The notes: generated by a model from the sequence alone, not told the origin. A stretch of DNA of 64,000 bases from Bdellovibrionales bacterium (GCA_964230645.1 CAXRHT010000002.1:192001-256000); one strand, 5' to 3'; shown: positions 28,382 to 38,069, numbered from the stretch's first letter. Numbers and translations are program-made.

Positions 28382-28413
28382 TCGAAAGCAGAAGCTAGAG
28401 GGGCAAAAATAAA

Positions 28414-29568
28414 ATGAGTACGTCGATGGTTAAATATTTTATTGCGGCTGTGGTTTTGGTCACACTTTTCCAAAACTGTTCGGCCACCCATGAAAGTAGC
28501 TCCACACTGAGCTCGTTTCAAGCTTGTAATTTAATCTTGAAAGATGAGTTCGTGAAAGGCTATCAAAAGTTTCTTCAAACAAATTGTAACAGTTGCCACG
28601 TCTCCAATGGCTCTGGGAACGGAGCCTTTGCTGACTCGAGTGTCGATACAGCTTTTGACGCTTTTATTTTTCGTGGCTACGAACTTGTGGGTGCAAGAGC
28701 GCTGGACCCCAACCATCAACCTCCTTTTACCGGAAGCCAACACCAAAGTGCACTCAGTGAGCTTGAGGGCACCTGGAGTAGCGCGCAAGCTCAAGTGGAT
28801 GTTTGTGTGGCAAATTCAGGTGGCGGTATAGGCGGTGGTATTGATGATGGACTCGTGCCGGAAGACCCCACACCCACTCAAGGTAATATTACCACTTTTA
28901 TAAAAGCCTTAGAGGCTGATAAAGACGAGAAAACTTTAAGCTGGAATCTTGAAAACGAAATTGCCGATCCAAGTGACCTCTCCTTCCCAGGAGCGACTCT
29001 AGAAATTGATGTGCGTGCGATCACCTCATCAACGGGAGACAAGAGTTATGTGATTTCAAACCCAAGACTCACAGCCGGTAGTGAAGCTCTTCATATCACT
29101 TTTATTGAATTTTCGATCAATAATAAGGTTGTTACTAATGCCACCAGCTACCACACAGTGAACCGAAGAGTTCCCGCAGGGGAGACTCGTGATCTTGGAG
29201 TTGGGGGAACGATTTTTAGCTATAATATACGTGCAACCGATGTGCTTGCACTTAAAATTGGCCGGCTTGAGACCATCGAGTTTGATCCTCCGACCTTCGA
29301 TGAGCTTATCGCTCCTACCGGTGTGCTTGGAGCCAATTGTTTGTCCTGTCATGATGGGAGTAACGGCAATTCCACTCCTCAAGGAGGTTTTGATATCTCC
29401 TCTCGTGACGCTATTATCAGTCAGTTAATGGTGTCACCTTATAGTCCTAATAATTCTGAAATCTATAAAAGGATGAACGATTTACAAAGGCCCATGCCTC
29501 AAGGAGGACTATTGCCTGTAGACCAAGTGGATCAAGTTCTCTGGTGGATTCAAGACGGAGCAAGGTAA
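28414..29568 (+). CDS. Diheme cytochrome c lipoprotein
   Basis: FQN|C signal; CNSCH and CLSCH; C-terminal PYSPNNSEIYKRM...PMP...WWIQDGA. Confidence 0.8.
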   Translation: MSTSMVKYFIAAVVLVTLFQNCSATHESSSTLSSFQACNLILKDEFVKGYQKFLQTNCNSCHVSNGSGNGAFADSSVDTAFDAFIFRGYELVGARALDPNHQPPFTGSQHQSALSELEGTWSSAQAQVDVCVANSGGGIGGGIDDGLVPEDPTPTQGNITTFIKALEADKDEKTLSWNLENEIADPSDLSFPGATLEIDVRAITSSTGDKSYVISNPRLTAGSEALHITFIEFSINNKVVTNATSYHTVNRRVPAGETRDLGVGGTIFSYNIRATDVLALKIGRLETIEFDPPTFDELIAPTGVLGANCLSCHDGSNGNSTPQGGFDISSRDAIISQLMVSPYSPNNSEIYKRMNDLQRPMPQGGLLPVDQVDQVLWWIQDGAR

Positions 29569-29686
29569 TAAGTATATATAATTTACTCGGAATCATTTAA
29601 ATAATTTGCCTAATAGGCTATTTCTTCCTAAAACCCCGGTCATCGAAGCACTCAAGCTTCTCAAGACAGCAAAACCGGGGGAACCT

Positions 29687-30193
29687 ATGAAACATTTAAT
29701 TTTAACGGCCACACTTTTAATGGCGAGCTTTAATCTTCAAGCTTATGCTGACGTCAGTGAAGGCAAAAATTTTGGAGCCGAACTCACTTACTTTCAAATC
29801 AACCACGACCATCTTTGGGGAATAAACGAGGGATCGATTTTGATTAGTGAGCCAGCAGGAACAATCACTCTTTCACTCAATCAAGATCTAGGCTGTAAAC
29901 CAAATCAACCCTGTATCACTCTTATGCCAAACTCTTATGACGTTGAACTAGAGATCATTTCCGAAGAGTTTGATTCCTGTAACGCCAAAAAAATCACGGC
30001 GATCAACGACAACACCCCTGTCGATGGCCTTTATGAGGAGGTTGTAGTTTACGATTATTCAACAGCCACCTGTGAGTATTTTATTCAGAATATGACTCAA
30101 GTGACCTACACCACTATCGCACCTAGAACTCAGGAAATGCAAGAGTCTTACCTCCATGGCGAACCCTTAAGAGAGCTACCTATTTCCTTCTAA
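29687..30193 (+). CDS. Secreted hypothetical protein
   Basis: MKHLIL...AYA| signal; CKPNQPCITLMP motif. Confidence 0.7.
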   Translation: MKHLILTATLLMASFNLQAYADVSEGKNFGAELTYFQINHDHLWGINEGSILISEPAGTITLSLNQDLGCKPNQPCITLMPNSYDVELEIISEEFDSCNAKKITAINDNTPVDGLYEEVVVYDYSTATCEYFIQNMTQVTYTTIAPRTQEMQESYLHGEPLRELPISF

Positions 30194-30220
30194 AATTAGT
30201 TTAAGATGTTGTTTGTTTGC

Positions 30221-30260
30221 AAAAAAAAGCCCCAGGCCAGATAATGACTTGGGGCTTTTT
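30221..30260. terminator. Bidirectional intrinsic terminator
   Basis: AAAAAGCCCCA...TGGGGCTTTTT between convergent genes. Confidence 0.7.
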
Positions 30261-30283
30261 ACTTTCAGAACTTATTTATAAAA

Positions 30284-30619
30284 TCATCCACCAAACTGAA
30301 TGCCACCATCGTCTTTCTTCCAGCACTCAATTGTTAAGGCGTGACCTTCAATCATAGCCTCTAAGATCTCTCTCTTTTCTTTGCACTTGTTGAGAACTTC
30401 ATTAACGTTGGCCGTTTCAATAGCGTTTAAAATCAAAGCGTTGAGTTGTGTGTGAGCGGTTCTTTGACAAGAGTAGAACTCAGCACAAGTGTTAAACTGA
30501 TTCACACTAGGGTCACACATATCATAGTTGGCTTCACAGGCTTTATAATCTAGACCCGCAGCGAAAGCTGTATTGAAAATAGCAAAGCTAATTAGAATTA
30601 TCGATAATACTTTTTTCAT
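30284..30619 (-). CDS. Small Cys-rich secreted protein
   Basis: AAGGAG SD, signal peptide (AFA|A), 6 Cys. Confidence 0.7.
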   Translation of the reverse strand: MKKVLSIILISFAIFNTAFAAGLDYKACEANYDMCDPSVNQFNTCAEFYSCQRTAHTQLNALILNAIETANVNEVLNKCKEKREILEAMIEGHALTIECWKKDDGGIQFGG

Positions 30620-30818
30620 GACAAAGCTCCTTTAAAGTTTGACCCAATTTATGCTTATTTTATGTTTAATCCTAATTTTAAAATAGAAGGCTATAAGAAG
30701 TTCACAAATGTCAAAAAATTAGAGAAAACATCCCCTCTTTCTACCTTTCGTTGCAAAAACCAAATCAAAAAAAGCCATTCAAGGGGGAGTTTTTTTAAAA
30801 GGTCTGTTCAAGCCACGA

Positions 30819-30952
30819 TCCCCATGGTTCCATTTATAATAATTCTCTAAAGGGCTCTTGTGAGCGTGACGCGTTTTCGCCCGCAGGGCGAAACACAAGC
30901 AAGGCATGGATGCCGGCCCTGTAGAGATTTATTATAAATGGAAGCATGGGGA
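30819..30952. repeat. Long hairpin / MITE-like element (37-bp arms, 3 mismatches)
   Basis: 30819-30855 pairs with 30916-30952; internal hairpins TTTCGCCCGCAGGGCGAAA and GGCATGGATGCC. Confidence 0.85.
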
Positions 30953-30978
30953 AACGAGGACTTCGATCGAGCTCTCAC

Positions 30979-31084
30979 AGATCCTTCGGCTTCGCCTCAG
31001 GATGACAATGGAGGTTTGCCTCAGGACGACAATAGGAGGGGAGTCTTAGGACGACAATAGGAGGAGGGGGGCCTCAGGGCGACA
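30979..31084. repeat. REP-like cluster A
   Basis: AGATCCTTCGGCTTCGCCTCAGGATGACA followed by three degenerate CTCAGGACGACA half-copies. Confidence 0.85.
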
Positions 31085-31106
31085 TTTCGACGACGTCGGG
31101 CGAGAC

Positions 31107-31844
31107 CTATCGACTCACCTTAAAATCATGCTGAAAATGGGTCTTCTCCTGAGAGCTTAGGATTTCGTACATTTGTTTTTTCGAGAATTTTTCAGGTTTC
31201 AACCAGTCACTGATTTTAGTTTCCTCGAGAAAAATGGGGCAGCGGTCGTGTCCCATTTCATCGATTTCTTTGGGAGGATCGTTGGTGATGATTGCAAAAG
31301 ACGAAAACTCGATTTCTCCACTTTCAGAGCGCCATGTATCATAAATCATTGGAGCCCACATGAGATCATGGTCGTCAGGATAAAAAGTGATTAACTTTTT
31401 TTTGCCTTTGACCTCGACCCATTCGAAAAAACGAATAAAAGGAAATAATCCATGATTCTGTAAGAAAATGGAGTTCCAGGTTTTTCTTTTTTCAAGGGAG
31501 TCAATGCGAGCATTGAATACGTTGTATTTTGATGGAATCTCTTCATCGGAAAAAGAAGGACGCACACGGTAGCGCATAGGTTTGATGACACGTTCGCCTT
31601 CTTCCATAACAATCACGGGGGCAAAATAATTGGGGTAAACTCTTCCGTTCTCACCCACTTCTTTAAAGACCGATGAGCTGGGCTTTCGTTTAAGACCCAT
31701 GATTTTTTTTATTTCTTCGGGTGTTTTTTGACTCTCTTTTTCCTGCAGACCGTGGAGATCTTCAAAAGCCTTGTGACTGATGGTCGCGTCAAAACGTCCA
31801 GCCAGTTTTTCAAGATTTCTTTCGACTTGCACTGAAAAACAAAT
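31107..31844 (-). CDS. SOS response-associated peptidase (SRAP/YedK/HMCES family)
   Basis: VFNARIDSL, FFEW, SFAIIT, GHDRCPIFL. The N-terminal Cys-Phe-Ser lies upstream of the GTG used by the ORF track, directly after ATT at 31844. Confidence 0.85.
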   Translation of the reverse strand: MCFSVQVERNLEKLAGRFDATISHKAFEDLHGLQEKESQKTPEEIKKIMGLKRKPSSSVFKEVGENGRVYPNYFAPVIVMEEGERVIKPMRYRVRPSFSDEEIPSKYNVFNARIDSLEKRKTWNSIFLQNHGLFPFIRFFEWVEVKGKKKLITFYPDDHDLMWAPMIYDTWRSESGEIEFSSFAIITNDPPKEIDEMGHDRCPIFLEETKISDWLKPEKFSKKQMYEILSSQEKTHFQHDFKVSR

Positions 31845-32012
31845 AAATCCTCCCTCGGAGCTTTTTTTATACGCAATCTTTATAAACTAGTAAATGACGC
31901 TCGCTGTTTTTCAAGGGTTTTGAACAAACTTGCACGAACTTTCAAAAACTCAAGCAACTCTCCTCTCAATAGCCACTGTAAGCTTGATACTTACCTAAGA
32001 GGAGTTAAAAAC

Positions 32013-33185
32013 ATGTCCACCCATTCGAAATCCAACTATTCATCCTATTTTGAACCTCTCAGTGTGGGTTCACAGAAATTTAATAATCGTGTCTTTATGG
32101 CGCCGATGACAAGAAATCGGGCCGACCACTCCAAAGGGACTCCTTCCGGGTTGAATGCTCTTTATTACACCCAACGAGCCTCGGCAGGGCTTATCATTTC
32201 TGAAGCCACCCAGATTAGCCAAGAAGGTAAAGGTTACGCTTGGACCCCTGGAATCCACAACGAGGATCATGTTACTGGGTGGAGGACTGTCACGGAAGCG
32301 GTCCACAATGCTGGAGGTAAAATCTTTTGCCAACTTTGGCATGTGGGTGCGATTTCACACCCAGTTTTTCAACCAGGTGAGGAAGCTCCCGTTTCCGCTT
32401 CGCCATTTAAACCGGAAGGGAAAGCCTTTGTCGGCGACCATCATCCCGATGGCCCCCAAGTAGATCATGTGGAGGCTCGTGAACTGAAGAAATCAGAGAT
32501 TCCAAGATTATTAGAAGACTATAAGAAGGCCGCTGAGTACGCCAAGAAAGCCGGCTTTGATGGAGTTGAGATTCACTGTGCCAACGGGTATCTCATCGAT
32601 CAATTTATAAGAGATTCAGTCAATAAAAGAACGGATGAATACGGCGGAGAGGCTAAAAATCGCGTTCGCTTAATGAGCGAAGTGGTGGATGCTGTTTTAC
32701 AAGTGTGGTCCGGTGATCAAGTGGGTGTTCGTCTTTCACCCATTGGAGGCCTTGGAGGCAGTTATGACTCAAACCCAAAAAATACCTACACCACCGCCGC
32801 AAAAGCTCTCTCAGGTAAGGGCTTACTCTATCTTCATGTAATAAGGCCCAACTCCCATACTGCTAAAGGCGATGAGGATGGTAACGAAATCGTTAAGTCT
32901 ATGAGGAAAGCCTTTGGCGGCTGTCTCGTGGTTAATGGCGAAATGAGTCCTGATGAAGGGCACAAATGGATTGAAAGCGGGGAGGCGGATGCCGTGAGTT
33001 TTGGTCGACTGTTCCTCGCCAATCCTGATCTACCCGAGCGCATCCAAAGAGGAGGCCCCTTTAATGAAGCCAAAAAGGATGATTTTTATGGCGGAGGCCC
33101 GAAAGGCTATATCGATTATCCCACGCTAAACAAGGTGGAGCCTCCTTACAAAGAAAAAACAACAGAACTAAGTCAAAGTCTTTAA
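32013..33185 (+). CDS. nemA: Old yellow enzyme-family alkene reductase (NemA-like)
   Basis: NRVFMAPMTRNRA, YYTQRASAGLIISEAT, QLWHVG, GFDGVEIHCANGYLIDQF, FGRLFLANPDLPER. AGGAG SD before ATG 32013. Confidence 0.9.
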   Translation: MSTHSKSNYSSYFEPLSVGSQKFNNRVFMAPMTRNRADHSKGTPSGLNALYYTQRASAGLIISEATQISQEGKGYAWTPGIHNEDHVTGWRTVTEAVHNAGGKIFCQLWHVGAISHPVFQPGEEAPVSASPFKPEGKAFVGDHHPDGPQVDHVEARELKKSEIPRLLEDYKKAAEYAKKAGFDGVEIHCANGYLIDQFIRDSVNKRTDEYGGEAKNRVRLMSEVVDAVLQVWSGDQVGVRLSPIGGLGGSYDSNPKNTYTTAAKALSGKGLLYLHVIRPNSHTAKGDEDGNEIVKSMRKAFGGCLVVNGEMSPDEGHKWIESGEADAVSFGRLFLANPDLPERIQRGGPFNEAKKDDFYGGGPKGYIDYPTLNKVEPPYKEKTTELSQSL

Positions 33186-33205
33186 ACCAAGGAAAGGAAG
33201 AATTT

Positions 33206-34630
33206 ATGTTAAACCAAGAAAAAATAAACAATGAAAAAAGAAGAGTCACTAAAAGAAGTGATGACTACTATGAGTCCATCAACCCAAGCACTGAAAAAGT
33301 GATTGAGACTTATCCTTACGACACTCTAGCAGGGCTCACTGAGAAATTACAGGTGGCTCACGCCGCTTTCCAAGATTGGAGTCAGGTTGAAATTGAAGAT
33401 CGCATCACCCCTATCGAAAAGTTTGGTAAAATTTTAAAAAAGAGAAAAAAAGAATTTGCCCGAGCCATGACTGAGGAGATGGGAAAACTCTATAATCAGG
33501 GGCTTGCCGAGATCGATCTTTGTGTGGCCATCTGTGAACACGCCGTTAATGAAGGACCGGAGATTCTTGCAACCGAAGAAAAAACTCTTGAAAATGGTAG
33601 AGCACTTGTAGCCTATGAACCGCAAGGAGTTATTCTTTCCATTCAGCCCTGGAACTTTCCCTTTTATCAAGCCATCCGCTATGCCGTTCCTAACATTACG
33701 GCCGGAAACACCACTCTTCTAAGCCATGCACCCAGTGTATGGGGATGCGCAAGACTTGTCGAAGAGGCCTTTAAAGAAGCCGGACTTCCAGAGGGAGTTT
33801 TTCAACTTATCTATGCCAAAGACGATGACATTGAGAAACTTTATGAGCAAAGAGAGGTCAGAGGTGTCACCTTCACAGGAAGTGCTGACACGGGAGCGAT
33901 CGTTGCCGAAAAGGCCGGCAAGCACTTGAAGAAAACGGTGCTCGAGCTCGGAGGTAATGATGCTTATATTGTTACAGAAAGTGCTGACATTAAAAAAGCC
34001 GTGAAAGCCTGTACTCAGGGCCGAATCTTTAACAACGGTCAAACTTGTACTGCCGCCAAGCGTTTTATTGTCCTTGAGGGTGTCTTTGACGAGTTTAAGA
34101 AAGCTTTCGTTAAAGCCATCTCCGAAACACAAATGGGAGATCCTATGGAGAAAACCTCAAAGCTTGGTCCTATTGCTAGAAAAGATCTTCTCGATAAGCT
34201 CAACGATCAAGTGCAGGAGTCTTTAGATCTTGGGGCCACTTGTTTGACAGGAGGTCATGTGGCTAAGCGTGATGGTTATTTTTTCGAACCCACAGTACTT
34301 ACTGATTTGGAAGAGGGGATGCCAGCTTATGACGATGAACTCTTTGGTCCCGTGGCCAGTCTCATTAAAGCCAAAGATCTTGATGAAGCCATAGAAATCT
34401 CCAACAATTCAAAATATGGCCTCGGTGGAGGAATATTTGGTTCGGAAGAAGAGGTTGTGGAAGTGGCTAAGAAAAAGCTCGATACCGGGGTTGTTAACGT
34501 TAACGGCTTCAGCCTTGCTAAACCTCATCTTCCCTATGGAGGAGTAAAGGATTCGGGTTATGGTCGTGAGCATGGTAAAAGTGGTTTCAAAGAGTTTGTG
34601 AACACTAAAACCGTAATGATTCATCAATAG
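33206..34630 (+). CDS. NAD(P)-dependent succinate-semialdehyde dehydrogenase-like aldehyde dehydrogenase
   Basis: QPWNFPFYQ, FTGS, VLELGGND, NNGQTCTAAKRF, ELFGPV, PYGGVKDSGYGRE. Confidence 0.9.
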   Translation: MLNQEKINNEKRRVTKRSDDYYESINPSTEKVIETYPYDTLAGLTEKLQVAHAAFQDWSQVEIEDRITPIEKFGKILKKRKKEFARAMTEEMGKLYNQGLAEIDLCVAICEHAVNEGPEILATEEKTLENGRALVAYEPQGVILSIQPWNFPFYQAIRYAVPNITAGNTTLLSHAPSVWGCARLVEEAFKEAGLPEGVFQLIYAKDDDIEKLYEQREVRGVTFTGSADTGAIVAEKAGKHLKKTVLELGGNDAYIVTESADIKKAVKACTQGRIFNNGQTCTAAKRFIVLEGVFDEFKKAFVKAISETQMGDPMEKTSKLGPIARKDLLDKLNDQVQESLDLGATCLTGGHVAKRDGYFFEPTVLTDLEEGMPAYDDELFGPVASLIKAKDLDEAIEISNNSKYGLGGGIFGSEEEVVEVAKKKLDTGVVNVNGFSLAKPHLPYGGVKDSGYGREHGKSGFKEFVNTKTVMIHQ

Positions 34631-34656
34631 CTTTTGACTCAAAAAATTGGTTTTAG

Positions 34657-34684
34657 AAAGGGGCTTTTTAAAAAAGCCCCTTTT
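34657..34684. terminator. Intrinsic terminator
   Basis: AAAGGGGCTTTTT/AAAAAGCCCCTTT palindrome after the aldehyde dehydrogenase gene. Confidence 0.75.
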
Positions 34685-34780
34685 ATATTTTTTACAGAAA
34701 ACACAGGGAAATGGCCTGAGAATTGACTCTAAACCCTTGGCTGGGTAGCTCTTTAATTAAGCCAAAAAAGGGAGTCATTT

Positions 34781-35359
34781 TTGCCACGAAGATTTTTGTC
34801 ATCCTTAATTCTTACTCTAGTAACCGTATTATCAGCTAACCTTAGCCAAGCGGAATTTGAACTTCCCACCAATTTATTTCTCAATGATTTAAGCTGGGGA
34901 AAGACAAGTCCCAGTCGACGAAACAAGGTCGGTATTCGCTGCACAGCCTTAAGAGATTTTGATAAATACTCCCTGCTTTTTCATGAGGACTCTGGAAATC
35001 TCACTCCCTATGTGAGACTCAATAGACGAGGCTCCTGTCGATTGGCTTTTGAAGAGTTTGAAGAATTACTCTCTGAAAATGAAGTTCTTTCCCAGGAACT
35101 CGCCTTTTTGATCGAACAAATTCCTGAACAAGTAGAATTAATCCTTTCTAACTTAAACCCTTGGAGAGTTCGCTCAACTCAAGTGCGAATTTTGGTACGT
35201 CCTGAGAAAGATAAGGAGCTATGGGGGATGAGTGGTCTTATTCAGGGGCTCACTTTGCAGTGGCCCCGAAAGTGGGATTTGGCCTTACATATTGAATTTC
35301 GCTTTTTCCGAGACGGGGAGAAACCTTTGACTCGGATCATTCCCTTAAGTGATCTTTAA
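34781..35359 (+). CDS. Secreted hypothetical protein
   Basis: GGGAG SD, TTG start, signal peptide (SQA|E). Confidence 0.55.
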   Translation: MPRRFLSSLILTLVTVLSANLSQAEFELPTNLFLNDLSWGKTSPSRRNKVGIRCTALRDFDKYSLLFHEDSGNLTPYVRLNRRGSCRLAFEEFEELLSENEVLSQELAFLIEQIPEQVELILSNLNPWRVRSTQVRILVRPEKDKELWGMSGLIQGLTLQWPRKWDLALHIEFRFFRDGEKPLTRIIPLSDL

Positions 35360-35928
35360 AGAGAGCTTGGGATCTCCGCGCAAGCGATTCTAGCGCCTGA
35401 GGCTCCCGAGGGTTGCGAGACAAAATCGTCAGGAAACTCGTGGAGTACCAACGAGCGCCCTAAAATATTGTGGAGCTTATTTCCAGTGATTGATATTTCA
35501 ATAAAGTATTGATTAAAAACGGCCACTCCTTTTTTATTAGCGACGACATTTCCCAAATCTCCGACATGATGCTCATCCGCTGAGGGGGCTCCATGGGAAT
35601 TTTTCTCAGGATTGAAATGTCCACCAGCGCTTTTGAAGTCAGCACTTGAGCAGTCGCCCTTTTCGTGAATATGAAAGCCGTGGCGAGAGTCAGGTTTCAG
35701 ACCTTTAAACTTGGCAACAATTTTTAATCTTTTCTCCTCCTGAACCATTTCAATTTCCCCTCTAACGGAACTCTCTTTTTTTGTTTGAACTTTTAAGTCC
35801 AAAGAGGGGAGACCATTGTCGGAAGTGAGATTTTGCTCACTAACTTTGCCAGTAGCAGCACAACCCATTATTAACAAACACAAAGAAAGGGCACTGAGGC
35901 CCCTCGAGTAATTAGAAATATTTTTCAT
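35356..35928 (-). CDS. sodC: Cu/Zn superoxide dismutase, lipoprotein
   Basis: HGFHIH, GGHFNP, HVGDLGN, LVLH, GARIAC; IMG|C lipobox. Confidence 0.92.
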   Translation of the reverse strand: MKNISNYSRGLSALSLCLLIMGCAATGKVSEQNLTSDNGLPSLDLKVQTKKESSVRGEIEMVQEEKRLKIVAKFKGLKPDSRHGFHIHEKGDCSSADFKSAGGHFNPEKNSHGAPSADEHHVGDLGNVVANKKGVAVFNQYFIEISITGNKLHNILGRSLVLHEFPDDFVSQPSGASGARIACAEIPSSL

Positions 35929-35946
35929 CGAATCCTCATTGCATAT

Positions 35947-36525
35947 TTAGTGAAAGGCGTGACGGAAACCAACAAGGACTGAACCAGCATCAAAGACATC
36001 TTGGTCAAGTCCCACATTCGGTGAACCTGGAAGACTTTTTTCTTCATCGTAGTTGAGAAGAAAGTTAAACCGGTACTCGACAAAGAAAGAAGATCCAGAG
36101 TTCTCCTCAGGCCCAACCAAAGCGCTTAGTCCAAAAGATACAGGAAGAACAAGAAGACTGCCATCATAGAGATCTTCACTCACGATCAATGTTCCAATAC
36201 CAATTTTGCTATAAGAAGAAAGAATATCTTTATAAAGAGCATTCTCTGATTGTAAGGAGACTGTGATTTCCGCAGTTGATTTGTCCTCATCAGAAATGGA
36301 TTGCATATCACGACCGACAATGTCGAGTGTTAAACGGGCAAAGGCCTTTTCATGCCAGTCGAATAAATAGGGTGTAAATCCACTGATCCTGTAAACACCT
36401 TCGGTGTAAGATTGGGACCCAGCCCCGTATTCAAAACCCCAACCATTAAGAGCTTCATTCTCACTGGATTGAGCCCAGAGTGAAGTTGAAAACAATGCTG
36501 CACAAATAGTAAGCAATAAACGCAT
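35947..36525 (-). CDS. Small outer-membrane beta-barrel-like protein
   Basis: Signal peptide, amphipathic strands, FFVEYRF, C-terminal VLVGFRHAF. Confidence 0.6.
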   Translation of the reverse strand: MRLLLTICAALFSTSLWAQSSENEALNGWGFEYGAGSQSYTEGVYRISGFTPYLFDWHEKAFARLTLDIVGRDMQSISDEDKSTAEITVSLQSENALYKDILSSYSKIGIGTLIVSEDLYDGSLLVLPVSFGLSALVGPEENSGSSFFVEYRFNFLLNYDEEKSLPGSPNVGLDQDVFDAGSVLVGFRHAFH

Positions 36526-36741
36526 AGATATCTCCTGTTTTTATATTCCAGAGTTAAGATTACGAGTATCCATGCTTTAGAACATAGTCATCAGGTGTTT
36601 AAATTGTGTAAATCTCTTTAAAAATAAAGCCAGCAAGTGTGACTCATTATTAACAATGTCTCAAACTCCGCAAAAAGTAACATGAGCCCTTTTATGACAT
36701 TCTTGTGAGCACGTTGAATACTAAATGAAAGGAATCATTTT

Positions 36742-36876
36742 ATGGCTAACTCAAACAAGAACTACAGCAGTGATGGTAGAAAAACAGGAAAAAAAGGTTT
36801 ACCCAATGACAAAAACGAGCGTCGTCCTTCAGAAAAGCGCGATTCCTCTAAAACCCAGCACACAAAACAGTCGTAA
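36742..36876 (+). CDS. 44-aa hydrophilic small protein (below ORF-track cutoff)
   Basis: AAAGGA SD before the ATG; MANSNKNYSSDGRKTGKKGLPNDKNERRPSEKRDSSKTQHTKQS; followed by a terminator. Confidence 0.6.
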   Translation: MANSNKNYSSDGRKTGKKGLPNDKNERRPSEKRDSSKTQHTKQS

Positions 36877-36906
36877 AAGACCTAAAGCTTTGAAAGCTGT
36901 TTTTGT

Positions 36907-36939
36907 AAAAGGCCCAATCTTTCAAGATTGGGCTTTTTT
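36907..36939. terminator. Bidirectional intrinsic terminator
   Basis: AAAAGGCCCAATCTT-TC-AAGATTGGGCTTTTTT. Confidence 0.8.
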
Positions 36940-36945
36940 ATTTCA

Positions 36946-37842
36946 TTAAAACACAACGGCGGGCAATTCAGGAACTGTTCGAGGTGCGCCATATTCGTGG
37001 CTTGGTAACTGAGGAACCTGCGGATCGGCGGGAATAAAAGGCGTTCGGTAAGAACTTTGTCGATGATCACAAGTCGCTGAAAAGTTATTTTCGCCAAAGG
37101 TTTCCTTCATAAATTCGAGAGCTTTTTGGCAAGAGCGATCTTGAGTTCTGCCGCCTAGAGAATCAAAGGCTTGAGGCATTGTCACGTAAGCGGCAATGAC
37201 TTCCGCAATTTCTTCCCCACGATCTCTGGTACAGTAGTTTGTTAACCGGCAAACTTCCCCATTCATATGCTGGAGATATTTGTTCATGATCTCAGAGTTA
37301 TTGTTTCCGGCAATATAGTGACCTATCTCATGGGCGATCAGGGCATGATTGTCTTGTCCACCACAGGAACTGGTGTGACCTGTCCCAGTTTGATTTTGAT
37401 TCCCACCAGTCAGTTGAATTTGGTTTCCTATACGTCGAGAATTGGTAGCCGTAGACTGAGGATTGGCAAAAACGATTTCAATAGGATCACCATCTTCTAG
37501 GGCAGTCATGCGGCCGTCTCCTATACGATCAATAGCCTCAACCACTCGTGCCACAGCCACAACTCTAGGGTCATTATAATCAGAGAAAGGTTGCATATTT
37601 TGGGCTCGCCCTCGCTCTTTCGGATTGTTCCCTGTATAGAGTTCGATATTATTGCGCTGAAGCAAATTGGGAATGGACTGGGGGGTACCTTGGGCTAAAC
37701 ATCTTCCAAGACCCGCATCGGTATTCAGCTTAATAAGGTCTCGGCAATTATTTTCGTTGGCATTTTCTAAGGAACATCCATAAGCCGAGTAGACTTTTGC
37801 AGAACTCAACAGAACAAATAAGACCACAAAAAACCGTTTCAT
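36946..37842 (-). CDS. Secreted HExxH zinc metallopeptidase-like protein
   Basis: Signal peptide; IAHEIGHY followed by EEIAE; multiple Cys. Confidence 0.7.
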   Translation of the reverse strand: MKRFFVVLFVLLSSAKVYSAYGCSLENANENNCRDLIKLNTDAGLGRCLAQGTPQSIPNLLQRNNIELYTGNNPKERGRAQNMQPFSDYNDPRVVAVARVVEAIDRIGDGRMTALEDGDPIEIVFANPQSTATNSRRIGNQIQLTGGNQNQTGTGHTSSCGGQDNHALIAHEIGHYIAGNNNSEIMNKYLQHMNGEVCRLTNYCTRDRGEEIAEVIAAYVTMPQAFDSLGGRTQDRSCQKALEFMKETFGENNFSATCDHRQSSYRTPFIPADPQVPQLPSHEYGAPRTVPELPAVVF

Positions 37843-38069
37843 AGTATCCCCCCGGCTTACTTTTAATTTTAAGACACTTCCTTTCTTATCCCAAACAGTT
37901 AGAGCCTTTCGAAGAGTTTGTGTTTCAAAAGGGGACAGATGGCAGGCCTTTCTTACTCAGGTCGAGTTTAGACCTTGTTTTCTGGATCGCATAAAAGCTT
38001 TAAGTTTCGGAAATGGCTGGTTTTTTAGCTCGGTGGGCTGGACCTTTCTCAAAAAGAGGTCCGGTAATC

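Noticed and set aside
31861..32010. Copy of the imuA operator upstream of the SRAP gene
   Set aside because: Only a single weak half-site (ACTTACCTAA near 31989); no tandem repeat.
36725..36949. 74-aa ORF from the track
   Set aside because: It runs through the terminator and lacks an SD; the overlapping 36742-36876 frame has the SD.
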